Shown here piece after piece: positions 9,674 to 19,783 of a stretch of DNA of 64,000 nt. Source of the stretch: Bacteroidaceae bacterium. GTDB taxonomy: Bacteria; Bacillota; Negativicutes; Acidaminococcales; Acidaminococcaceae. Numbering within the stretch: the stretch's first letter is position 1; each line of letters opens with the position of its first letter. A model generated the notes under the pieces. It worked only from the letters and a program-made list of their open reading frames with translations, was not told the DNA's origin and made no database searches. The translations under genes were made by a program, and so were the position numbers. The stretch covers positions 376,122 to 440,121 of the forward strand of contig CAVDRP010000001.1 of the NCBI GenBank assembly GCA_963611535.1, given 5' to 3'.

Positions 9674-10579
9674 TTATCTTTTATACAGCTTTAGCGCCTC
9701 GTCTACTGCGCTTTCCATTTCGTCCATTTTAGCAAAACGGCGGCGGTGCTGCGCGCGCTTAGAAGGCTTTAATTCCTCCATAGACTTGCGGTGTTCTGCC
9801 ACAGGCATAATATAAAAGCGTTTATCAAAGCACAGTACACCCTCACATTCCTGCCAAAAGGCGCCGAAATCTGTTTTTAGCTTGCGGTCCATGCGTACAT
9901 GGTTCATTGCGTAATAGCCTTCATTTGCTACAGCATAAATATTTTCAATACCAATAGCCTTAGCAAAGCTGCGCAGGCCATAAAACATCAGGTTCTTAGT
10001 ACGATAGCCAAAAAACGCCTTTGTCAGCCCCTTAATCAGCTCGTTGCCGTTTTGCGGCCCCTGCAGTGCGCCAATATAAATAACATTTTTACCATCTGCC
10101 TTGTTTTTTGCAAACCAAAACATTATCTGATACAGCTCTGTACCATCATACAGCAAATCTATCGACAGACAGCCTTCCTTGCGCTGGCCTGCGTGAAACC
10201 ACAAATTCAGTGTCAACGGTTTATCCTGATAGCTATCCTGCCACAGCTGTACCATTTTACCCTCAGCGTACAGCTCGTCCATCAGCTGCGGCGTAAACAG
10301 CTCCTCCATAATCAGCACATGGTTTTTTACCAGCTCCATGCGCTCATCCCAGGTAGAGCCCTTATAAAAGAAGGCGCGCGTAGTCTGCTCCACAAAGGAC
10401 GGATTTCCCTTAAGCCAGGAGCGGCGTTTATCATTAGCCGCAAAAAACTGCAGCAAGCTATCCATAGCGCTGCTATGCATGGCGCAACGAGTGCGAAACA
10501 CAATATAACGCTTCATTTCCTTTAATATACGTGTCTGATATAAGCTTTTGCCAACATATTCTAAGATATTATTTTCCAT
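9674..10579 (-). CDS. VirK/YbjX (DUF535) family protein
   Basis: RKEG.L, YIGALQG, TK.FFGYR.K.L and DF..FW.E..G motifs. Confidence 0.8.
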   Translation of the reverse strand: MENNILEYVGKSLYQTRILKEMKRYIVFRTRCAMHSSAMDSLLQFFAANDKRRSWLKGNPSFVEQTTRAFFYKGSTWDERMELVKNHVLIMEELFTPQLMDELYAEGKMVQLWQDSYQDKPLTLNLWFHAGQRKEGCLSIDLLYDGTELYQIMFWFAKNKADGKNVIYIGALQGPQNGNELIKGLTKAFFGYRTKNLMFYGLRSFAKAIGIENIYAVANEGYYAMNHVRMDRKLKTDFGAFWQECEGVLCFDKRFYIMPVAEHRKSMEELKPSKRAQHRRRFAKMDEMESAVDEALKLYKR

Positions 10580-10651
10580 TGCCTACCTCGGTCATTAATG
10601 TAATATCATAATTATAGCATATGCAGCCTGTTTTGGCTAATGCAAAGGCCC

Positions 10652-11998
10652 TCAGCGAAGCTTCCTTTGTAGGAAAAGCAGGCGGACGGATAAAATAACC
10701 GCACTGCTGATAACACCACAATCCAGGCTCTGCCAATAGGAAAACGCTCCATGGCCAAGCTTATAATCTAAAAGCAGGCCCACAGGCAGACAAATGCCCC
10801 AATAGGCTAGCATACTGGACCAAAAAGTGGCATTAACATCCTTATATCCACGCAAAATCCCTTGGATAGGCGCAGCCACAGCATCGCCTCCCTGCCACAG
10901 GAGTGCATATATCAAAAACGCCTTCACCAGCTCAACTACCTCTGCATTGCTGGTGTAAATAAGCGCAATGTATTCACGCGTTGCCAGCTCCGCCGCCATA
11001 TAAAACACAGCTATTGCCAGGCTCAGCTCCAGCCCCAGTCTGCTGTAGGCACGTGCAGCGCTGTAGTTGCGCGCGCCATATTCCACGCCCACCACGATGG
11101 TGAGCGCCAACGAAAAGCTTAGTGGGAACATATATATCAGCGACGAAAAATTCAGCGCTGCCTGATGCGCCGCAATCACCTCAGTGCCAAATTTGGCGAC
11201 GAGCAACGCTACGACACCAAAAATACTAGTTTCCATAAAAATAGAAATACCCATAGGCACGCCAATGCGCAGGTATTCACCCAGCCAATGACGCGCAGGG
11301 CGCACCAGTCCCAGCACGTTATACTGGCGGAAGGGCTCCAGGCGCAGCACGATAAAGGCAAACATAGCCAGCAGCAGCCAAAACGTCAGGCCGGTTGCCA
11401 CGCCAGCGCCCACGCCGCCCAAGCGTGGCAGGCCCAGCTTGCCAAAGATCAGCACATAATTCAGGCAAGCGTTAACCGGCAGCGCCAAAAGATACAGCTT
11501 CATCGTCAGCTGCGTATATCCCAGCGTATCAATCAAGCTGCGCAGCGGCGTAATTAAAAAGAACGGCACCACGCCCAGCCCCACGCCAGCCAAATACCAC
11601 AGCGCTACGTTGTAGACCGCGCTTTCCAGCCCCATACCCAAAAGGAATTGTGGCAAAAAGGCAGCCCCGGCCGCAATAACAATCGCAGCAAAGCACAGTG
11701 CCAAAAGCAGGCCATGCCGCAGCACCACGCTGATTTTTTGCTTTTCACCTGCCCCCAGAAGGTTGGCCACAAGCGGCATAGCTGCCAGCAAAATACCGCT
11801 AAAGCAGGTCTGCACCGGCATCCAGATATTGCCGCCGATAGCAGCACCGGCCAAATCCACATCTCCTGCCTGGCCCGACATGCTGGCATCAAAAAAATTC
11901 ATTCCCATAATTGCAATCTGCGTACCAATAATCGGCAGCATAACATTCAGCAGGCGCTTTACCTTGTCACGGTTGCCTGCAGCAAGCATTGCTAACAT
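10652..11998 (-). CDS. MATE family efflux transporter (NorM-like)
   Basis: About 12 TM segments; LNYVLIFGKLGLPRLGGVGAG, IAAHQAALN, GILRGYKD. Confidence 0.92.
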   Translation of the reverse strand: MLAMLAAGNRDKVKRLLNVMLPIIGTQIAIMGMNFFDASMSGQAGDVDLAGAAIGGNIWMPVQTCFSGILLAAMPLVANLLGAGEKQKISVVLRHGLLLALCFAAIVIAAGAAFLPQFLLGMGLESAVYNVALWYLAGVGLGVVPFFLITPLRSLIDTLGYTQLTMKLYLLALPVNACLNYVLIFGKLGLPRLGGVGAGVATGLTFWLLLAMFAFIVLRLEPFRQYNVLGLVRPARHWLGEYLRIGVPMGISIFMETSIFGVVALLVAKFGTEVIAAHQAALNFSSLIYMFPLSFSLALTIVVGVEYGARNYSAARAYSRLGLELSLAIAVFYMAAELATREYIALIYTSNAEVVELVKAFLIYALLWQGGDAVAAPIQGILRGYKDVNATFWSSMLAYWGICLPVGLLLDYKLGHGAFSYWQSLDCGVISSAVILSVRLLFLQRKLR

Positions 11999-12133
11999 TT
12001 TTATCTCCCTATCCTACAACATAACAAAAGCCACACGACCAACTCCAGTCGTGTGGCGAAAAGATGACTCTCAATCAGAAAAAATCCACAACAATTTTTT
12101 CATTTGTAATTCTATCAACAAGCACAATATTTG

Positions 12134-14029
12134 TCAACCTTCGGCCTCAGCCAGCTCTGACAGATAGGCCCAGCGGTCTACCATAGCGTCCAAATCCTGC
12201 TGCACCTGCTCCTGCTGCTTTGTCAGCTGCGCCAGACGCTCAAAATCAGCTCCGCATTGGTTAATTTCTGCTCCCAGCATTTTTAGCTCGGCCTCGCTAC
12301 GGGCAATTTCCTGATCCAGCTTTTCCAGCTCTATACGCTCACCATAGGTCAGCTTCTTTTTAGGCTCTGCAGTAGCCAGCGGTTTTACTTCCTCCGCAGG
12401 CTTTACTTTTGCTGCAGCTGCGCAAGGCACGTTTTCGGCAGCCTGCGCCTCCACGTAATCGGTGTAGCCGCCAATATAAGGCTTAATGCTACCATCCTCC
12501 TGCAGAGCAAAAATCTTGTGCGCGAAGCGGTCCAAAAAATAGCGGTCATGCGATACAGCAATTACGGCACCGGCAAAGCTGTCCAAATAATCCTCCAACA
12601 CCGAAAGCGTAGGAATATCCAAATCATTTGTCGGCTCATCCAACAGCAGCACGTTAGGTGCCGTCATCAGCACGCGCAAAAGGTACAGCCTGCGCTTTTC
12701 GCCACCGCTCAGCTTCGCTACAGGTACCCACTGCAGCTCGGGCGGAAACAAAAAGCGTTCCAGCATCTGCGCTGCGCTGATACGCTGGCCGTCTGCTGTT
12801 TCAATGTAATTGTTGGCTTCCTTGATATATTCCAGCACGCGCATATTACTGTCAGCAAATTCGCTGTGCTGTGCAAAATAGCCCACCTTCACCGTCTGCC
12901 CCACGGTCATCTGCCCGCTGCTCGGCTTCAGGCGGCCAGCGATAATATCCATCAAGGTGCTTTTGCCTGCGCCGTTAGGCCCCACAATACCAACACGGTC
13001 ATGGCGCAAAAGTATATAGCTAAAGTCCTTGATATAATCCCTGCCATTCCATTGCATACCAATGTTATCTAGTTCAATAACGGTCTTGCCCAAACGGCTG
13101 CTGACAGAGGACATTTCCAGGCTCGCTTCCGTCTTAACGTTTTTTACCTCGGCCTCTATCTGGGCAAAGCGCTCCACACGGTCCTTCTTTTTGGTGCGGC
13201 GCGCCTCCGCACCGCGACTGATCCAGGCTAGCTCACGGCGGTAGATATTACGCAGCTTTTGTGCCGCCGATGCCTCAGCAATGCGCCGCTCCTCACGCTT
13301 TTGCAAAAACTGGCTGTAGTTTGCAACATACACATAACCCTTGCCGCTATCAATCTCCAGCGTGCGGTTTACTACGCGGTCAAAAAAGTAACGGTCATGC
13401 GTCACCATCAAAAGTGCGCCCTTGCGTGCCAAAAGCTGCTGCTCCAGCCAGGCAACAGTAGCGTTATCCATATGGTTGGTGGGCTCGTCCAAAATCAGCA
13501 GATCCGACGGCCGCACCAGCACTCCAGCCAACGCCACACGCTTGCGCTGGCCGCCGCTCAGCTCGCCCATTTTTTGTTGCAGGTTGCTGATACCCAGCTG
13601 CGTCAGCACTGCCTTGGCCTCGCTTTCCAGCTGCCAAGCATATTGGGAATCCATCTGCTGCTGCAGCGACAAAAGCTGCTTTTGCACTTTAGCGTCATCT
13701 GGCTGCAGCACAGCCTGCTCCACCGCAGTTTCATAGGCGCGCAAAAGCACCATCAGCGGCGAATCTCCCTTAAAAATCTGCTCCAGCACCGTCGCCTGCG
13801 CCTCAAAGGGCGGGTCCTGCGGCAAATATTCCATCACCACATTACCTGGGATATCCAGCTTGCCCACGCCAGCTTCACGGTTAGCTATAAGCCGCAAAAG
13901 CGTGCTCTTACCCGTGCCGTTGACACCGATAATACCGTACTTATCACCCTCTTCTACATTAAACGTTATATTTTCAAACAAAACCCGGTCGCCGTAGCTG
14001 TACGACAGGTTTTCTGCACTCAAAATCAT
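12134..14029 (-). CDS. ABC-F family ATPase (Uup/YfmR-like)
   Basis: Two ABC cassettes (GVNGTGKS, GPNGAGKS; LSGG; DEPTN), no TM segments, C-terminal coiled-coil extension. Confidence 0.92.
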   Translation of the reverse strand: MILSAENLSYSYGDRVLFENITFNVEEGDKYGIIGVNGTGKSTLLRLIANREAGVGKLDIPGNVVMEYLPQDPPFEAQATVLEQIFKGDSPLMVLLRAYETAVEQAVLQPDDAKVQKQLLSLQQQMDSQYAWQLESEAKAVLTQLGISNLQQKMGELSGGQRKRVALAGVLVRPSDLLILDEPTNHMDNATVAWLEQQLLARKGALLMVTHDRYFFDRVVNRTLEIDSGKGYVYVANYSQFLQKREERRIAEASAAQKLRNIYRRELAWISRGAEARRTKKKDRVERFAQIEAEVKNVKTEASLEMSSVSSRLGKTVIELDNIGMQWNGRDYIKDFSYILLRHDRVGIVGPNGAGKSTLMDIIAGRLKPSSGQMTVGQTVKVGYFAQHSEFADSNMRVLEYIKEANNYIETADGQRISAAQMLERFLFPPELQWVPVAKLSGGEKRRLYLLRVLMTAPNVLLLDEPTNDLDIPTLSVLEDYLDSFAGAVIAVSHDRYFLDRFAHKIFALQEDGSIKPYIGGYTDYVEAQAAENVPCAAAAKVKPAEEVKPLATAEPKKKLTYGERIELEKLDQEIARSEAELKMLGAEINQCGADFERLAQLTKQQEQVQQDLDAMVDRWAYLSELAEAEG

Positions 14030-14163
14030 TATTTTCGGCTCCTCTTGCACTCTTTTTTCATTATCTTACCAAAAAGCACCCACTTTTACAAGCATACAAA
14101 AACGCGCGGACACTGGCAACATTCACTGTCACCACAGCCGCGCGTTCTTTAGCTTTCAGAGGA

Positions 14164-15129
14164 CTATTTCACCTCTGCCAGCATGGTCTTAATGTCAATT
14201 TTATTTTTTTGCATACCCATTGCCAGCAAAAAGTCCTGCGTTTCCTCCAAGTCCTTGATATCCTTTTCAGTAATCTTGGTACTGAAATCATACCACGGAG
14301 CCATCAGCTTAACCTCATCTAGGCTCAGACCTGTTTCCTTAGCTGCATATTCATAGGCCTTATCCTGCTCCTTGCTCATGAAATCGATGTTCTGCTGGTG
14401 GATAGCAAGATACTTTTTCACAACCTCAGGATGCTCCTTGAGCAGCTTGCCGCTCACACCAATAACGATGGTTGCGTCAACTAAGCCCTCGCCATTGCAC
14501 AGAATGCGTGCACCTGCCTTTTGTGCACGCAGCACGTCGGCACCTGCCACCAAAGCGGCATCAGCTTCGCCGCTCATGAGTGCATTAACGCTGGCAGGAA
14601 TGCCCAGCGATACAAAATTAACTGCATCAGGCTTTAATCCCTCTTTATTCAGCGCAGCCACCAAAATCTGGTGTAAAATAGTGCCCTTGGGTCCGGCAAC
14701 CTTTTTGCCCTGCAAATCGGCCGCTGTTTTAATTGCAGGATCCTTAACCATGATATTAAATGCCTTAGGTGCACGGCTATAAATACCCACAACCTTCACA
14801 TCAGCACCGTTAGATGCCGCCAAAATCGCACTGGTGCCACCCAAGGCGCTGGCTACATCCAGGCTGCCTGCTGCCATAGCCTCCGTCTGCTTAGCACCGG
14901 ATGTAATCTCCGGGAAGCTGACGGTGATCTTATCCTTACCAAACTCTTTGACTAAGGTTTGGTTGTTTTTGTCTACAATACTTGGAATATTGAGCGGCGC
15001 CTTGACGTAGGTAACCTTCAATTCCTTAATTGGCGGTGCGGACGCTTCCTTTTTGTCAGTGGCACAGCCAGTGAGCAGAGTAAATGCTGTTAAAACACTT
15101 AAGCCTAAGGCGATAAGCTTTTTGTTCAT
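14164..15129 (-). CDS. NitT/TauT/SsuA-type ABC transporter substrate-binding lipoprotein
   Basis: Lipobox LLTGC; AGSLDVA and DLQGKKVA motifs. Confidence 0.85.
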   Translation of the reverse strand: MNKKLIALGLSVLTAFTLLTGCATDKKEASAPPIKELKVTYVKAPLNIPSIVDKNNQTLVKEFGKDKITVSFPEITSGAKQTEAMAAGSLDVASALGGTSAILAASNGADVKVVGIYSRAPKAFNIMVKDPAIKTAADLQGKKVAGPKGTILHQILVAALNKEGLKPDAVNFVSLGIPASVNALMSGEADAALVAGADVLRAQKAGARILCNGEGLVDATIVIGVSGKLLKEHPEVVKKYLAIHQQNIDFMSKEQDKAYEYAAKETGLSLDEVKLMAPWYDFSTKITEKDIKDLEETQDFLLAMGMQKNKIDIKTMLAEVK

Positions 15130-15189
15130 CTTGATGAACTCCTTTCTTAACCTGCAGCCGCAGCTGTTTTATTACAGTAGATGCAATAA

Positions 15190-15900
15190 TTACAGTGCTT
15201 GCAAAATTTTCTGCCGCAGCAATTGTAAAGCGCTATCAGCTGCCTGCCGCGGCTGCGGCAGCTGTACGGACAACGTGCTCTTGACGCTGCCATTATCCAT
15301 TATAACGATGCGGTCCGCCGAAAGCAAGGCTTCCTCCACGTCATGGGTAACAAAGATAACCGTTTTGCGCTTCGCAGCGTGCAAATCCAGCAGCGTACGC
15401 TGCAGTCCCTGACGCGTAAAATAATCCAGCGCACTAAAGGGCTCATCCATCAAAATAATATTCGGATCGTAAAACAGCGTCCGTCCTAAGGCTACGCGCT
15501 GTGCCATGCCTCCGCTCAGCTGATGGGGATACAGCGCTTCACAGCCAGCTAATCCCAAAAGCTGCAGCAGCTGCGGCAGCGCTGACGTATCCAGCGTTTT
15601 ATCGGCCTTTGCTGCCAGCGTAATATTTTGCGCAACCGTCAGCCAGGGCATGAGTCGCGGTTCCTGAAACACAGGTGCGATACGCAGGCCGTCAGCTAGC
15701 TGCACACTGCCTGCATCAGGCGGCTCCAAACCGCCTAAAAGCCGTAAAAGGGTTGTTTTACCGCAGCCACTGCGTCCCACAATACAAGTAAAGCTGTGTG
15801 CGGCAAAGGACAGCGTCGTCGGTAGCAAAGCGCGCTTAACGCCATAGCTTTTGCAAATTCCTTCTGCCTGCAGCACTATTTGCGTTGCTTTCTCCACCAT
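15190..15900 (-). CDS. NitT/TauT-type ABC transporter ATPase
   Basis: GRSGCGKT, FQEPRLMPWLTV, LSGGMAQR, DEPFSALD. Confidence 0.92.
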   Translation of the reverse strand: MVEKATQIVLQAEGICKSYGVKRALLPTTLSFAAHSFTCIVGRSGCGKTTLLRLLGGLEPPDAGSVQLADGLRIAPVFQEPRLMPWLTVAQNITLAAKADKTLDTSALPQLLQLLGLAGCEALYPHQLSGGMAQRVALGRTLFYDPNIILMDEPFSALDYFTRQGLQRTLLDLHAAKRKTVIFVTHDVEEALLSADRIVIMDNGSVKSTLSVQLPQPRQAADSALQLLRQKILQAL

Positions 15901-16664
15901 CATGCCCTATCCTTTCCCCGCCTGCGCCACGGAAACAATACGTTCAGCACCAGCAGAAACAAATAATCTATGGCCGTTCCAATAAGGCCAATCACCAGCA
16001 TTCCCACCAGCACCACATCTGGACGCGACATTTCCTCTGCATCCAAAATTAAATAGCCAATACCTGCCGACGCAGCAATCAGCTCTGCGCCGATCAGCGC
16101 ACGCCAGCTATAGCCAAGCGCCAGCTGCATACCCACAGTAATGGCCTCTAAGGCCGCAGGCAGGCGGATGTAGCGCAGCTGCTGCCAGGTGTTAAAGTGC
16201 AAGGCACGTCCCACCTCCAGCAATTTTGGCTCCACGTTATGCACACCGCTATAGGTATTCAAAAACATAGGGAAGAACGACGCCAGCACAATAATCGTCA
16301 GCTTAGACGCTTCGCCGATGCCTGCCCACAAAATAATGAGCGGCACTGCAGCCAGCGGCGGCACATGACGCACAAACTCCAAAAGCAGCCAGCAATAAGT
16401 CTCAAACCGCCTGCTCTGCGCACACAGCACACCCAAGGGCAACGCTAAAAGGCAGGCAATACCAAAGCCTGCCGCTACACGCTGCAGGCTAACAAGCAAA
16501 TGACGCGCCAGCAAACCGCTCGTGCACAGCTCGACTGCCGCCTGCGCCACCCGCGCCGGCGTTGGCAAAAGATAGGGACTAAACAGTTCCCTGGCACTCA
16601 CCAGCTGCCACAAAGCCAAAAGCACCAGCGGCAGCAGCAAAGCGCGCAAAATTTTTTTTAGCAT
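15900..16664 (-). CDS. NitT/TauT-type ABC transporter permease
   Basis: SLQRV, PPLA..PL, AELIA..AGIG; SsuC-like pattern. Confidence 0.9.
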   Translation of the reverse strand: MLKKILRALLLPLVLLALWQLVSARELFSPYLLPTPARVAQAAVELCTSGLLARHLLVSLQRVAAGFGIACLLALPLGVLCAQSRRFETYCWLLLEFVRHVPPLAAVPLIILWAGIGEASKLTIIVLASFFPMFLNTYSGVHNVEPKLLEVGRALHFNTWQQLRYIRLPAALEAITVGMQLALGYSWRALIGAELIAASAGIGYLILDAEEMSRPDVVLVGMLVIGLIGTAIDYLFLLVLNVLFPWRRRGKDRA

Positions 16665-16676
16665 TATTACTCTCCG

Positions 16677-16946
16677 CTATTTTATGAGTACCTGCAGATG
16701 CTCGTTTACAGCTGCCGCGTCCTGCAATACCTGCAAAAGCTGTTTGCCATACCAGCCAAGATGGGCATCATCTGCCACCGCCGCAGGCATCACAAGCTGC
16801 GTGTCCTCCACCACATCTGTCAGGCAGTCGTATAACGCATCCAGATTGGCACCATAATATACAGGCAGTGCCAGCTCCCTGCGCAGGTACTTGTGCAAGG
16901 CAGGCAGGCTTGCCATTTTATTTAACTCCAAGGTTATCTTCCGCAT
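16677..16946 (-). CDS. Barstar-family ribonuclease inhibitor
   Basis: LP.YYGANLDALYDCLT barstar signature. Confidence 0.92.
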   Translation of the reverse strand: MRKITLELNKMASLPALHKYLRRELALPVYYGANLDALYDCLTDVVEDTQLVMPAAVADDAHLGWYGKQLLQVLQDAAAVNEHLQVLIK

Positions 16947-16956
16947 ATCGTTCTCC

Positions 16957-17517
16957 TTACTTACCGTACAGCTTGCTAAAGCTATTATAATGGTCACCCG
17001 TGTAATAAATCAGCCCATCGTTAGAAAAAACTATACGCTTGCTGTTGCGGTTACCTTTAACATAATCAATGTCACATTCCGTCCAGCTACGGCCGTTTTT
17101 TGCAGGCAGCTTGCCTTCGTAATTGCCATAACGGTCACCACCTATGGATTTACCTGGTGCCACTTTATCAAGAGTGCCCTTTGTCTGCCAGCCTAGCTTT
17201 TTAGCCTGGTTTTTGGTGATGTAATTATTAGGTAGCTTTTTATATTCGTTTATGTAAGCAGCAACGTGCTCCTTATCAGTGTAGGCTTCACTCTCAGATA
17301 TTTTAAGCTTGCTGCTGTTGGCCTTGACATTTCTAGCAGTATCCTGCCCATTATTAAGCTTGCCAGCTACGTCCTTACCCTTATCTGTAGCGGCCGTCGC
17401 ACTTGTCTGCACCTTGGCCGCCGCATTATCTGCCACCTTTTTTTCATTACCGCCACATCCTGCCAGCACGCTGACGCTCACCAGCACGACCAGGAAGAAG
17501 GCTAAAATCTTTTTCAT
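16957..17517 (-). CDS. Barnase-family ribonuclease, lipoprotein
   Basis: Lipobox VLAGC and low-complexity linker, then LPNNYITK..A..LGW, SIGGD.Y.N.EG.LP, WTECDI, RIVFSNDGLIYYTGDHY; the catalytic Glu and His equivalents are present. Confidence 0.92.
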   Translation of the reverse strand: MKKILAFFLVVLVSVSVLAGCGGNEKKVADNAAAKVQTSATAATDKGKDVAGKLNNGQDTARNVKANSSKLKISESEAYTDKEHVAAYINEYKKLPNNYITKNQAKKLGWQTKGTLDKVAPGKSIGGDRYGNYEGKLPAKNGRSWTECDIDYVKGNRNSKRIVFSNDGLIYYTGDHYNSFSKLYGK

Positions 17518-17849
17518 AACATATCTCCTTTCTAAAAAACTTGTTATAAGCTCTTGCGATAAATATGATTAGCTACTTTACCTTCGTAATATACCTATCA
17601 TAAAATCATTATACCATACATTTTACAGAAGGTAAGCGGGAAGCTTACTAGCGCTGACACAAGCTATTTACAATATTTATTTCATTCACATGCACAAAAA
17701 AGGGCTGCCGCTTCGCCAGACACTCCCATAACCACTATAGAAGATATACTGTCTTTGCGTCAGTCCCTTATCATACTCTTATTAAGCGACTCACAAGTCT
17801 GCTATCCACAAAGCTTTGCCACTAAAGCGACCTTTGCAGCTGCACCAGA

Positions 17850-18569
17850 CTAAAAATAAATTTTATCATCAGGATAATACTCCTGCATCATTCTCCTCAA
17901 GCTAGTAAAATCACTATTTTTAAACACTAGCAGCTTATACCTGTTTCTTAGATAATCAATAAATTCCTGCATATTATCACAATAAATATACCGTTCTTGC
18001 CCACTAGCGTTAATAAAATCTCCCAAAATCTCGTTTATCATCCTAACGGTCTCCGGTGCAACTCCCATCTCGGGCACCTGGTGAAGCTGAGCGTACAAAT
18101 TGTTAAACCCGTATGGCATGGGCGCATGAGAACGATTCGGTACCATCATAAAAAGCCGTGAAAACGCAATCAACCCCCGTAAGCTTTGGTTGTCTACATG
18201 AACCGCTGCATCAGACCCTGTCTTCACACATATATCTGCAAATGCTGTTATTTTAGGTGGTAAAGCAATATGCCAATTAGCAAGCATTTTTTTACCGACA
18301 GACTCGGGAAAAACCGGATAATATACCACTCTATTTCCCAAATCACTTACCTTAAGCATGATGACCATATCCTTTAAAAGTACATCACTGCCATCAGCGT
18401 TATAGACACAATGCCACGGTGGAAGTTCTTCATAAGCTTCAACTTCAACCTTAAAATTTTTGATGATTTTTGCTATTGCCGCTTCATTACAGCAAAAGTC
18501 ATGTTGAAACCTTAAATTCTCCTTGGTGCTTGCCAATCTGCACTTATGCATATCATCCCAGCTTTCCAT
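17850..18569 (-). CDS. Hypothetical protein (AT-rich, family not recognised)
   Basis: 239-aa ORF standing alone between AT-rich intergenic regions; no clear RBS. Confidence 0.6.
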   Translation of the reverse strand: MESWDDMHKCRLASTKENLRFQHDFCCNEAAIAKIIKNFKVEVEAYEELPPWHCVYNADGSDVLLKDMVIMLKVSDLGNRVVYYPVFPESVGKKMLANWHIALPPKITAFADICVKTGSDAAVHVDNQSLRGLIAFSRLFMMVPNRSHAPMPYGFNNLYAQLHQVPEMGVAPETVRMINEILGDFINASGQERYIYCDNMQEFIDYLRNRYKLLVFKNSDFTSLRRMMQEYYPDDKIYF

Positions 18570-18831
18570 AAAAAATTACAATAGTTCATACATAATACTC
18601 TAAAGCATTTTATTGCTTATTCATATTTTATATCATATATTGTGTTTTCTATGTTAGCATATCCAACGAAATCTGTCTACTATTTTCTGAATTTTTTTAT
18701 GGTTGAAAAAATAGCCTCAAAAGTCACATTGCTGTTGACTTCAAAGGCTAACCTTATTAATGCCAAACTATTTTGCTATTTATATTAAGCACTCCGTCAC
18801 TTCAAAGCAATCTTCTGCCAAATTAGCTTAG

Positions 18832-19773
18832 TTATTTTCCCTGTAGCACATAAAATGGATCAATATTTTGTCCATCAGCTAACACCTCATAATGTAAGTG
18901 CGGACCTGTACTATAACCCGTGCTACCTACAAAGCCGATAATTTCACCCTTAATGACCTGCTGTCCTGCAACAACAGCGATGCCACTCATATGACCATAG
19001 GCTGTTTCATAATCATCACCATGGGCAATGCGCACATAGCGTCCGTAACCACCATTCCAGCCTGCCTGCTCCACAGTGCCTGCCGCCGTTGCGTAAACAG
19101 GAGTACCAAACTCCACCGCTATATCTATGCCTGAATGCCACTCATAGCCACCCTCTATAGGACCAGTGCGGCCGCCATAGCCACTGCTGATACTGCCACC
19201 ATCTGTAGGCCACTTATCCGGGAAGGCCGCCAACGTGCCACTGCGTCCCTCCACCTCACCCAAAAGCTGGCTGACAGATTTTTTTGTGCTATCAAGCATC
19301 TGGCGGATATTGCTGTTTTGTGCCTGCAGCACCGCCATAGTGCTTTTGGCATCAATGCTGCCCTTGCCACCCTTGCCAGTATAGGAGCTGGTTACATTGC
19401 TGCTTTTAGCAGTTGTCTGGTCAACCATATTGCTCTGTGCCTCACCCAGCTTACTGCTATCCACATCGCGGATAATGGCACGACGCAGCTTTTTCTCTAA
19501 ATTAGATATTTCGGCCATATCACGCAGCATGGTTTCGTTATCGTTGACAAGCTTCTGCAGCTTAGTCTGCTGCTCTAGCTTGTTTTGCTTATATGCCGCA
19601 AATTCTGCTGCCTCGCTGCGGTAATCTGCCAGCTGATGATACATATAACCCAAGCCACCACAGGCCCCTGCAAGCAGCAACACTGCTATTACTGCACCAG
19701 ATTTGAGTTTATTATAAGAAAATTTTACGACTCTGCCATTAGGCAGATGCAGCTCACAAAAATCCTCCTGCAT
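18832..19773 (-). CDS. M23 family peptidase with N-terminal TM segment and coiled coil
   Basis: H.GID, YGHM and STGPHLHYEV zinc motifs. Confidence 0.92.
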   Translation of the reverse strand: MQEDFCELHLPNGRVVKFSYNKLKSGAVIAVLLLAGACGGLGYMYHQLADYRSEAAEFAAYKQNKLEQQTKLQKLVNDNETMLRDMAEISNLEKKLRRAIIRDVDSSKLGEAQSNMVDQTTAKSSNVTSSYTGKGGKGSIDAKSTMAVLQAQNSNIRQMLDSTKKSVSQLLGEVEGRSGTLAAFPDKWPTDGGSISSGYGGRTGPIEGGYEWHSGIDIAVEFGTPVYATAAGTVEQAGWNGGYGRYVRIAHGDDYETAYGHMSGIAVVAGQQVIKGEIIGFVGSTGYSTGPHLHYEVLADGQNIDPFYVLQGK

Positions 19774-19783
19774 ATTGCTTACC

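Noticed and set aside
17696..17770. Imperfect long palindrome AAGGGCTGCCGC...GCGTCAGTCCCTT
   Set aside because: Single degenerate copy in the window; most simply a terminator or decayed REP-like element.
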